Sequence record: SRR31156797_21721
DNA length: 40,678 bases
Reading direction: 5' to 3' (one strand)
Below, in pieces: positions 1 through 8,278 of the stretch (positions are counted from its first letter, which is position 1; each line of letters opens with the position of its first letter). Under the pieces are notes generated by a model. The model made no database searches. It was not told the origin of the DNA and was given only the letters and a program-made list of their open reading frames with translations. The translations under genes and the position numbers were made by a program.

Positions 1-1
1 A

Positions 2-625
2 GAAAGCAAAGCCACTATCACCGTCAAAGCGGATGAAACATCCCTAAAAGTCCACGATTCAACGATCAAGCAAGGCGATGAATGGTTGCCAGAAACAAAC
101 TTTGATTCTGCCACCGATCGTGATGGCAAAAAAGTAGCCTTTTCAGAAGTAGAAGTCAATGGCACAGTGAACAACAACATAGTCGGTCAATACACGGTTT
201 CCTACCATTACGGAGCAGTGATTGCCCATGCCGTGATTACTATACAAGCAAAAGTCAGCGAAACACCTGACGAAACGCCAACAGAAGTACCAGAAGAAAA
301 TCGCCCGGAAAGTGAGTCGCCTGGGACTGAATTTCCTGAAACTGAAGCGTCTGATCCAATAACAGAAGAACCAATTAAGGCACGTCCTGAGACAGAGACG
401 TCAGAAACAAACGATGATGAGAAAAACGAAAAACGTCCATCAGAACAATCAGACAACCCCTCAGCAACAGGACAGACAACACCGATCAAAGCAAGCAAAC
501 AATCCACTGTTAAGCAACTGCCAAAAACAGGAGAAACAAGCAGTGTTTTGCTAAGTGTTACAGGTATCCTATTCTTAATCGGCGGGTTGGTGCTCTTGTA
601 CCGTAAGAAATCATGGAGAAAATAA
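2..625 (+). CDS. 3' part of an LPXTG sortase-anchored surface protein with bacterial Ig-like (group 3 type) repeats; 5'-partial at the window edge
   Basis: The frame is open from base 2 (ESKATITVKADETSLKVHDSTIKQGDEWLPETNFDSATDRDG), so the TTG at 86 is not the true start. It has a Glu/Pro/Thr-rich stalk, then LPKTG, a hydrophobic helix and a basic tail RKKSWRK. Confidence 0.92.
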   Translation, partial: ESKATITVKADETSLKVHDSTIKQGDEWLPETNFDSATDRDGKKVAFSEVEVNGTVNNNIVGQYTVSYHYGAVIAHAVITIQAKVSETPDETPTEVPEENRPESESPGTEFPETEASDPITEEPIKARPETETSETNDDEKNEKRPSEQSDNPSATGQTTPIKASKQSTVKQLPKTGETSSVLLSVTGILFLIGGLVLLYRKKSWRK

Positions 626-662
626 CAATAGGATCGACAAAAGAGCTAGAAGAATAAAACAT

Positions 663-740
663 ACAGGACGAACAAGCTGGATGAATTGCTTTAAGAGAGA
701 ACAAAAAAGCAATCACAAACATCAGCAATGTTCGTCCTGT
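663..740. repeat. Long imperfect inverted repeat between convergent genes; probable terminator or hairpin
   Basis: ACAGGACGAACA (663-674) pairs with TGTTCGTCCTGT (729-740). Inner pairings are GATG/CATC and ATTGCTTT/AAAGCAAT. Confidence 0.7.
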
Positions 741-791
741 TTATTTATATAGTGAGCAGCCGAGAGTACTAAGTTTAGCCAGCACTTGTAT

Positions 792-1367
792 TTATGAAAC
801 GATTTCCTCTTTTTCCAGACTAAGATAACGATAAAAAGTTGATCGTTTTAACCCTGTTTGGGCACAGATATCCACAACAGCTTTTCCTTCTTTTTGATAA
901 AGGTTCAATGCGTGTTGAATCAGTCCAGGATCGATTCGTGGGCGACCACCGATATTTCCTCTAGCACGAGCGGATTCTAAGCCTTCTTTGGTCCGTTCGA
1001 CGATGATGTCTCGTTCGAATTGGCTAAAGGCTTGGAAAACAGTCATCATCAATTTCCCTTGTGGGGTTTGCGTATCAAAATTTTCTTTAATACTGATAAG
1101 CTTTACTCCTTTTTTTTCAAAAAAGTAGACAAGATCAATGAGATCTTTGGTACTTCTTCCTAGTCGCGAGAAACTTTCAATGATGATTTTATCGTTTTCT
1201 TTCACTCGTTTTTTTAATTTATTTAATTCAGGACGATTCGCACGAACACCACTGATCTTTTCCGTATAAATTTTATTGCACTCATACCGGTCAAGTAAAT
1301 CTAACTGACGCGAGAGATCCTGTTGTCTTGTGGAGACACGTGCGTACCCATAAACCATATTTGTCAT
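792..1367 (-). CDS. Small serine recombinase (resolvase/invertase family)
   Basis: YARVS catalytic motif, SRLGRS, ERDIIVERTKEGL..AR.RG..GGRP, C-terminal HTH ending STFYRY; GGAGG RBS upstream. Confidence 0.95.
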   Translation of the reverse strand: MTNMVYGYARVSTRQQDLSRQLDLLDRYECNKIYTEKISGVRANRPELNKLKKRVKENDKIIIESFSRLGRSTKDLIDLVYFFEKKGVKLISIKENFDTQTPQGKLMMTVFQAFSQFERDIIVERTKEGLESARARGNIGGRPRIDPGLIQHALNLYQKEGKAVVDICAQTGLKRSTFYRYLSLEKEEIVS

Positions 1368-1380
1368 ACGAATTCCTCCA

Positions 1381-1490
1381 GTTGCACAAAAATAAGTCTA
1401 CATAGAGAATACCTTGTTTGTTCACTTAAGTACACATTCAAGAAGCTTCTTAATGTGAATTTGGGAAATAGGAAGGTTTTTTTATGCACC
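1381..1490. promoter_or_regulatory. Candidate res/operator region between the divergent recombinase and Mga genes
   Basis: Palindrome CACATT-C-AAGAAGCTTCTT-AATGTG at 1433-1457, flanked by a 10/12 inverted pair GTTGCACAAAAA (1381-1392) and TTTTTATGCACC (1479-1490). Confidence 0.4.
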
Positions 1491-1547
1491 TAAATATTGT
1501 ACTATAGTAAAGACACTAGTCGGTGAGGAAGAAACACGGAGGGGAAA

Positions 1548-3038
1548 ATGAGAGAATTGCAGTTAAATTTTATGCTAAATAAGACGACCGTTCGCTGGCT
1601 TCAAATGTTAAATACTTTTGAGCGAGAACGGACTTGTTCCATCGCAAGTTTAGCAAACAAACTTGATGTGACCCAACGGACGATCAGCTCGGATATCAAA
1701 GAATTGAAAACCTATCTACAAGAGGCAGCCGAATTTTCGCTTGTAGCCAATGGCTATCATTTTAGGGAAACGAATCCGAAAAAATACTTGTCCCAAAAAA
1801 AGGAGCTTGTTGCAGAAGAAGGAATGTATCAAATCGTGGAAGCCATTTTCCACGGTGAATTCTGTTCGGTTGAAGAGTGGGCGCAGCGCTTGTATGTATC
1901 AGAAAGTACGATGCGTCGTTATTTGAATACTGCTTCTGTGACGTTGCGAAAGTATCATGTGGAGTGGATCTTGCAACCGGTTAATTTGAGTGGCTCCGAA
2001 GCCAATATTCGCAAGTTCTTTAAAGATTTTTATTATGAATCAGATGTCACCCCTCATACGCTATTGCCCCCCAAAGAACTGATTGCACTAGTCAGTGATG
2101 TCTTCTCAGAAATGCCCGCAGAGCTGGTGAATACAGGCGTTTCTCCGAGTGATTTTTATTATAGCTTGTATATTGCGATCAAGCGTTACCAATTGGGAAA
2201 GACGGTTCAGATTCCTCAATCGTTGGAAAAAATCATCGAAACCCATGAGGCATTTGCCGTAATGAATGACTTAGCACCTAAAATCGAAGCGCTATACCGA
2301 GTAAGACTGCCGCAACAAGAAATTATGTGGCTTTATTTAGTGACCGTGATGAAACGGACTTTGACCGAGCCTGAAAAAGAGCAGCAATTCGTTGCATCGT
2401 TTGGACTGTATCCTGAACTCGAAGAACTGAGTCAGCGCTTCGTTCAAGAATGGGGCATTTCCTTTCAAGAGCCCCAACGGGTCAAGACGATGATCCACGC
2501 CTTTTTCCTGTCAAAGAAAATCAATGAGCAACTGGCGCCCGTTTTAAATCACTTGCTAACAGAAGTAAAAAATGAAGCGAAGAAGCATCGTTCTGCCGCT
2601 TATCAAAGGAATCTGGCATTTATGAAGCAGCACCAAGCGATTCTTGGGATCAAGCAGGAGTATCTGGTAGATATTTGTGCGGCACTGACCCTTTACAGTG
2701 AAGCAATCAGGGAGCTCTATGCTCAAAAAGTCAGACGGATCGCATTGATAATAGAAGGTGATCTCTATGCCTGTCACACGATTCGTGCGCGCTTTTTGCG
2801 TTATGTCGGCAATGATCATCTGGTATTTTTTCCAAAAATCAATGAATTGACGACCGATTATTTGAAGGGAAATGCCATTGATCTTGTGGTTACAAATTAT
2901 AGTGAATATTTATCAGAGTTCATCTTATCGACTGATTATCTTTTGCTCAAAGCAATCCCCGATCATCAAGATTGGCAAAGAGTGATTGAAAAAATCGATC
3001 CTCAGTTAGGGCAAGCGTTAAACGCTCCCACAGCCTAA
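1548..3038 (+). CDS. Mga/AtxA-like HTH transcriptional regulator (paralogue 1)
   Basis: 496 aa with two N-terminal HTHs (VTQRTISSDI, LYVSESTMRR), GSEANIR..FYYESD.TPH, and a C-terminal EIIB-like DLVVTNY segment; GGAGG RBS. Confidence 0.88.
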   Translation: MRELQLNFMLNKTTVRWLQMLNTFERERTCSIASLANKLDVTQRTISSDIKELKTYLQEAAEFSLVANGYHFRETNPKKYLSQKKELVAEEGMYQIVEAIFHGEFCSVEEWAQRLYVSESTMRRYLNTASVTLRKYHVEWILQPVNLSGSEANIRKFFKDFYYESDVTPHTLLPPKELIALVSDVFSEMPAELVNTGVSPSDFYYSLYIAIKRYQLGKTVQIPQSLEKIIETHEAFAVMNDLAPKIEALYRVRLPQQEIMWLYLVTVMKRTLTEPEKEQQFVASFGLYPELEELSQRFVQEWGISFQEPQRVKTMIHAFFLSKKINEQLAPVLNHLLTEVKNEAKKHRSAAYQRNLAFMKQHQAILGIKQEYLVDICAALTLYSEAIRELYAQKVRRIALIIEGDLYACHTIRARFLRYVGNDHLVFFPKINELTTDYLKGNAIDLVVTNYSEYLSEFILSTDYLLLKAIPDHQDWQRVIEKIDPQLGQALNAPTA

Positions 3039-3090
3039 TATACGTGTTGAAAAAGAGCATGACGAGGACATGTGTGGATAAATTAAAAGG

Positions 3091-3128
3091 AAAAGCCGCA
3101 ACCGTTGCGATCAACGGTTGCGGCTTTT
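3091..3128. terminator. Bidirectional intrinsic terminator
   Basis: Perfect 17-bp stem AAAAGCCGCAACCGTTG, loop CGAT, CAACGGTTGCGGCTTTT, between convergent genes. Confidence 0.9.
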
Positions 3129-3234
3129 ATTCGTTCATCTAATAAAAAAGGGAGTTATCTGAAAATAGGCCCACTGTTCCTGAATACCAAAAGATTGGGT
3201 TATTTTGGTGAAAGAACAGCCTACGTTGAAACAG

Positions 3235-3438
3235 TTAGTTGGCATTTACTAGTTTATCAAAAATTGCTTCAAAGGTTTTGAACGTATCACTATCTAACTG
3301 ACAAAGCCATAAAAGGTAGCTTTTTTCTTTGAATGTCCATTCGATCGAAGGGTAAGAGGCAATCAAGGCATGGTATTTCTCTCGTTGTTCACTGGTAGCT
3401 AATAACCACCGCTTCTCAAAAATCTTTTTCTCTTCCAT
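3235..3438 (-). CDS. Small hypothetical protein (67 aa)
   Basis: ATG with a GGGGGA RBS; extended -10 TGGTATACT on the minus strand at ~3522-3530. Confidence 0.7.
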   Translation of the reverse strand: MEEKKIFEKRWLLATSEQREKYHALIASYPSIEWTFKEKSYLLWLCQLDSDTFKTFEAIFDKLVNAN

Positions 3439-3669
3439 TTTTATCTATCCCCCATAAAGAAACGTTGCCTGAAACTTCACTAACGGGCAACGTAAATCTA
3501 ATGATATGCAGATCTATGTTTAGTATACCAAAGAAAAATGAATTTTTTTAGAAGATGTGTAAAATTACATACAATTTCTTTTATTTTGCTTTTTTTGGGA
3601 CCTTTTTTGAAGAAAAGAAGCGTTCTGTTGAAAGGAACTGTTGTTAAAAATGTTTGTGATAATACTAAG

Positions 3670-3773
3670 AATTAGTAGGCAGAAACCTTGTATCCATCGT
3701 ATTGAGTCAAGTGGTTACAGGTAATAACAAAAATGGACGATCCTTTTTAAATGATAAGGAATCGTCTTTTTTT
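3670..3773 (+). ncRNA. Candidate ~100-nt small RNA or attenuated leader
   Basis: Extended -10-like TGTGATAAT at 3655-3663, hairpin 3685-3722, and terminator hairpin 3736-3766 followed by T7. Confidence 0.35.
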
Positions 3774-3884
3774 ATAACACTTTTTTTTGCACAAACTTTT
3801 AAAATGCCTTATTTAAAAAGAAAATGAAAATCAATTTATTCATACAGGTTTGCAAATCTTGATTTATCGATTGATGATCAACCA

Positions 3885-4002
3885 TGGTAAATTTAATCTT
3901 GTTAAAAACGATAAAATTTCGTCAAAAAAGCATTATTTTATAGCTCTAATTTAGGTTTTTAGAGAGTTTGTATCGAATAGGTTGTTCCGATAAGAGCTAT
4001 AA
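3885..4002 (+). promoter_or_regulatory. Putative promoter and structured 5' leader of the surface-protein/polysaccharide operon
   Basis: Extended -10 TGGTAAATT at 3885-3893 with no good -35; 10-bp inverted repeat TTATAGCTCT (3938-3947) / AGAGCTATAA (3993-4002). Confidence 0.4.
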
Positions 4003-4098
4003 CTGATTTTTTTCGAGGGAGTAAGAAAGGGTGACTGATAAAAACGTGAAATGAATCTTTAAAGTACAAGAGAAAGAATAGAGAAAAAGGAGTTACTT

Positions 4099-7000
4099 AT
4101 GAATAACAAATTTAGTAAAAAAGTCACAGGTTTATTGTTGATTAGTCATTTAACTTTATCGGCGTTGCCAATAAATGCGATGGCGACAGAAAAAACTGAT
4201 AATTCTTCAGGAGTGACACAAGAGAGAATAGAAGCTCCAAATTTATTATTAGATAGTGAAGCAACTCAAAGCACAGAAAATGACCATACAGCAACCAATG
4301 AGCAAGCAGTTCAGGAAACAGAGGGTTCTCCTACTGAAAGTGAAGAAGCTCAAACAGAAGTTTCTACTGAGAACTCTTCAGAAAATAATGAAGTCGCAGA
4401 AAATGATGAACAAGCGGATGCACCAAATGAAGAAACCTCAGAAAGTAATTCTAACGAATCATCAGAAGACGCTGCTGAAACCCGTTCAACAAGGGCAAGT
4501 GTCCAAGTAACATCTGATGCTGAATTACGGACAGCGTTAGCCAATGCGACGGTTACACAAATCAGCTTAGCCAATAACATCACGATGACCAGTAGTGTGA
4601 CATGGACAGGGACGACCAAAACGATTGAAGGTAATGGTCATACGTTAACCTTCGGGAATAATGTTCGGTTGTATGGAAATACGGTAAATCAAGGATTAAG
4701 TATCAGAAATGTGAGAATCGTGGCTCATGCAACAAATACGATCTATCAAAATAGAACGTCCAGTGTTTCCTTCACAAACGTTACTCATGAAAATAGTCAT
4801 GCAACGGGGCGCTTACTCTATTTAGCCGCTAGCAATTCTTCAGCTAATTTCTTTGGCGAAAACCGATTAAATGCAGGTTCCTTGATTTGGGCTACTTCGA
4901 ATGTCCGAATGAATATCGGCAGTGGTGCTTCTGTAGTTGCAAATAACAATGGAACAGCTCGTGCGATTTATCTTGCAAGTGGTGGTCGAATTGATTTAGG
5001 TGAAGGCAGTTTATTAGACGTTACTCAAAACAATCCTTCAAATACAGCAAAAGCAGTCTTGATCGAAGGAAGTGCCTCAAGCGTAGTAGTTAATTCGAAT
5101 GCAACGTTTAAGATCACAAGTGCGCCAAATACGCAAAAAACACAAGAAGCATTGGGGTTGCGAGGTGCTTTGACCGTATTATCTGGGGGAACACTGGATG
5201 TCGTGGGAAGAAGCACGTATTCTACGGTAAACGTTGGACAATCAAGCACTTTCCACGAAGGATCAAATGTTCGAATCCAAAACAATCATACGAATGGAAC
5301 CGCAATTGGGTCCTATCCAGGAACAACGAACTACACGATCCACTCATCGACAGGAATGCAAACTTGGAGAAGATCAGCTGATTTTTCAGGAGAGCCCAGC
5401 TTTAATTATCCAGAGTTTAGACAAGGTTCTTTCTCACTAAATACTTATACGAACAAACAAGTTACTTCGCGAATTGAATCCAATGACTCAATCTTCAACG
5501 CAACATTCAATAGTTCTCAAATCGGAAAAATCGCTTTTGGTGACTTTGTGGATACCGCAACGATTCAACAAACGACCATTGACGACTTAACCACAAGCTC
5601 AACGCACATTACGGGGCGAGCTGAGCCAAATGCCGATTTAGCAGTCACTATTGAAGGACAAGGAAGTTTAACGGGACGCGTTGCAAGTGATGGAACTTAT
5701 CAATTTGCGATTCCGAACGCACCATTAGCAGTTGGAACAAAAGTGACTGTTACCGCAACGTCCAATGGTATTCAATCGGTTGCAGAAACAGTTGTAGAGG
5801 ATAGTGAAAAAGAAACGATTGCCGAAACAACGATTTCCGAGCTAAATACTGACTCCACAAGTGTGACGGGAACGGCTGAGCCGAATGCTGAGATTACGAT
5901 CAAAGCCGGTGACACGATCATTGCGAATGGACGAGTGGGTAGTGATGGCATCTATGCATTGACGATTGAGAAACAACAAGCTGGTACGGTAGTTACCGCC
6001 CAAGCAACCTTAAATGGCATTTCATCAAATATTGCAGAAACCATGGTTGATCGAGCAACGATCGCCGAAACAACATTGAATGAGGTGACAACCACATCCA
6101 CTACCGTTAGCGGAACAGCCGAACCAGATGCACATGTGGAAATTACTATAGGCGATTCTGAAACGAAAAATGCGACTGTCGATAGTGATGGTAATTTTGA
6201 AGTAGAGATTGATCCGCAAGCAGCGGGAACCATTATTACCGCTCAAGCAAGCATCGATGGATTGCAATCAAATATTGCTTCAACGATCGTTGTCACTGAT
6301 CCAGCAAACACCGAAGGCACGATTACACCAGCAAGCTACAATGTTTCTTCGGCCGATCAGTTCCTGAGAGGGGCGTATACGGGTGATGTTGTATCTGCCC
6401 GTGTGTATGTAAATGGATCATCCGTTCGTGGTGGGAATTTTGCTGATGGTTCGTTTGAATTCTTTATCGGCAATCGCATCCAATCCGTAGATGATGTCGT
6501 AGAAATCGAAGCCTTGGATCAATATGGCAAAGTACTTGATCGGACAACCGTTGAATTAACTAGAGATTTGGCTGGTTCGATCACACCGGATCAATATCGT
6601 GTTGGCGAAACAATGATTACAGGGACCTTTACGGGTGATGTCAATTTTGCACGTTTAGTGATCAATGGCACGCCTTCTAATGCATGGGGTGGTACCTTCA
6701 ATGCCGATGGCACCTTCTCGTTTTATGTAGCGAATCTTGGAATCAAAGCGGGCGATAAAGTTGAGATCCAAGCGTTGAACCGCCAAATTAACGGTAACAC
6801 GGAAGCAATCGAAGTGCTAGAAACCAAAGAAGTAACAGTGATTGATCAACTTCAAGGGACGATCACACCGGATCAATACAGTTACACCGATACCATGATT
6901 ACGGGAACCTTTACGGGAGATATCAATTTTGCCAACTTAGTGATTGATGGACAGTCAGTAGGGAACTGGGGTGGCACATTCAATAAAGAAACTGGCCGCT

Positions 7001-7707
7001 TTGAATTCTTTGTTCACGCACAATTTAGAGAACAGATCAGAACGGCAACGAAAGTAGAATTGCAAACCTACCATCGTGAAACAGTCGATGGACAAACGAT
7101 TGATCATAAGCTGGTGTTGCAGCCGATAGAAATCGTCAAAGCAGCAGGCACGATTCAACCAGCAGCCTTCAAAGTGACAGAGAGTGAAATTACTGGAACC
7201 TTTACAGGCGATGTGAATTTCGCCAACTTGATCGTTGATGGACGTTCAATTTCATGGGGAGGCACCTTTAACACCGCAAACCAGACGTTTACTTACTTTG
7301 TCAATCAAACGACCCGCGACTTGATTCGCGATGCGGAAACAGTTGAATTGGTTGCTTACCATCGGGAGGTTGTTAGTGGCCGTCCGGTAGACACCGAATT
7401 GGATCGCAGTGTAGTCACTATCGATAAAGAATTTACTGGAACGATTACGCCAAATCCATACAAGCTGGGAGACAGAACCATTACGGGGACCTATACAGGC
7501 GATGACATCAACTTTGCTCGACTTGAAATTGATGGCATGATCCTGTGGGTGAGCGGTTTTGCGGATGGTACCTTTACCGCCTACTTGAACCAAGAACAAG
7601 CCAACAGTGTGACAAAAGACAGCCAGATGACGATCTATGCATTGCATCGCTTTGCTGACTTAAGTACACGAGAGATTGCACAAGCAACCGTTTCAATCAC
7701 AGAATAA
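4099..7707 (+). CDS. Large secreted surface protein: signal peptide, acidic linker, pectate-lyase-like beta-helix/adhesive region, 3 Ig-like repeats of one type and 5 C-terminal Ig-like repeats of a second type
   Basis: Signal peptide ending AMA; ELRTALAN..ISLANNIT..IEGNGHTL; three TT(I/L)..(L/V)T.S..(I/V)(T/S)G.AEP.A repeats from 5572; five G(T/S)I(T/Q)P..(Y/F)...G.(Y/F)TGD repeats from 6316; AGGAG RBS. Confidence 0.9.
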   Translation: MNNKFSKKVTGLLLISHLTLSALPINAMATEKTDNSSGVTQERIEAPNLLLDSEATQSTENDHTATNEQAVQETEGSPTESEEAQTEVSTENSSENNEVAENDEQADAPNEETSESNSNESSEDAAETRSTRASVQVTSDAELRTALANATVTQISLANNITMTSSVTWTGTTKTIEGNGHTLTFGNNVRLYGNTVNQGLSIRNVRIVAHATNTIYQNRTSSVSFTNVTHENSHATGRLLYLAASNSSANFFGENRLNAGSLIWATSNVRMNIGSGASVVANNNGTARAIYLASGGRIDLGEGSLLDVTQNNPSNTAKAVLIEGSASSVVVNSNATFKITSAPNTQKTQEALGLRGALTVLSGGTLDVVGRSTYSTVNVGQSSTFHEGSNVRIQNNHTNGTAIGSYPGTTNYTIHSSTGMQTWRRSADFSGEPSFNYPEFRQGSFSLNTYTNKQVTSRIESNDSIFNATFNSSQIGKIAFGDFVDTATIQQTTIDDLTTSSTHITGRAEPNADLAVTIEGQGSLTGRVASDGTYQFAIPNAPLAVGTKVTVTATSNGIQSVAETVVEDSEKETIAETTISELNTDSTSVTGTAEPNAEITIKAGDTIIANGRVGSDGIYALTIEKQQAGTVVTAQATLNGISSNIAETMVDRATIAETTLNEVTTTSTTVSGTAEPDAHVEITIGDSETKNATVDSDGNFEVEIDPQAAGTIITAQASIDGLQSNIASTIVVTDPANTEGTITPASYNVSSADQFLRGAYTGDVVSARVYVNGSSVRGGNFADGSFEFFIGNRIQSVDDVVEIEALDQYGKVLDRTTVELTRDLAGSITPDQYRVGETMITGTFTGDVNFARLVINGTPSNAWGGTFNADGTFSFYVANLGIKAGDKVEIQALNRQINGNTEAIEVLETKEVTVIDQLQGTITPDQYSYTDTMITGTFTGDINFANLVIDGQSVGNWGGTFNKETGRFEFFVHAQFREQIRTATKVELQTYHRETVDGQTIDHKLVLQPIEIVKAAGTIQPAAFKVTESEITGTFTGDVNFANLIVDGRSISWGGTFNTANQTFTYFVNQTTRDLIRDAETVELVAYHREVVSGRPVDTELDRSVVTIDKEFTGTITPNPYKLGDRTITGTYTGDDINFARLEIDGMILWVSGFADGTFTAYLNQEQANSVTKDSQMTIYALHRFADLSTREIAQATVSITE

Positions 7708-7722
7708 GAAACAGAAACTACG

Positions 7723-7758
7723 AGAGCCCCTTGTACCTTGCCTGTTGCAAGGGGCTCT
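7723..7758 (+). terminator. GC-rich intra-operon stem-loop without a strong U tract
   Basis: AGAGCCCCTTG (7723-7733) pairs with CAAGGGGCTCT (7748-7758), followed only by TCATT. Confidence 0.65.
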
Positions 7759-7783
7759 TCATTGATAGAAAGAGAGAAAGCAA

Positions 7784-8278
7784 ATGAACATGAAGAAAAA
7801 AATCGTTAGCCTCTTTAGCCTTGCCCTCATGGGGAGTTTTTTAGCGGCTTGCTCGACGGATGACCAAGCAAAGACGGATACTACCCAAGGCAGCGAACCA
7901 ATCGAACAAATCACGGATCAAAGCAATGCCGAGCCGCAATCGATCATTGGTGGATTAAAGATCATCATCGACAAACAAGAAATCAATCAAAAGAAAACAG
8001 AAGATGGGGAACAAGTTTTACATACATTTACCATCACAGCAGAAAACATGGGGTCAGTTGCCGCAGGATTAGGTTCGATTGATTTTCTTTTAGAAACTGA
8101 AGAGGGAGAATTTCTTGAACTTGATCATACCATGGCGATGTTTGGCAATGAGATCGCTGTAGGTGAAACCATCACTGGACAAGTTTCCTTTGCTTTAGAA
8201 GAAGGACAAGTGGTGAAAAAACTGATTTATAAACCCGGTGAAGAACAATTAGCAGAATGGGATGTTAAGAGCGAATGA
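7784..8278 (+). CDS. Lipoprotein, DUF4352-like Ig-fold
   Basis: Basic N-terminus, hydrophobic stretch and lipobox LAAC; ITAEN.G...DFLL...EIAVGETITGQVSF pattern; 4-bp overlap with the next gene. Confidence 0.8.
   Translation: MNMKKKIVSLFSLALMGSFLAACSTDDQAKTDTTQGSEPIEQITDQSNAEPQSIIGGLKIIIDKQEINQKKTEDGEQVLHTFTITAENMGSVAAGLGSIDFLLETEEGEFLELDHTMAMFGNEIAVGETITGQVSFALEEGQVVKKLIYKPGEEQLAEWDVKSE

Noticed and set aside
1382-3795. TTGCACAAA repeated directly at 1382-1390 and 3787-3795 as possible recombinase sites flanking Mga paralogue 1
   Set aside because: Only 9 bp, AT-rich, and without a surrounding dyad at the second copy; compatible with chance.
3440-4098. Known riboswitch such as c-di-GMP-I or T-box in the long intergenic region
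   Set aside because: I could not find the conserved motifs; only unnamed hairpins are reported.
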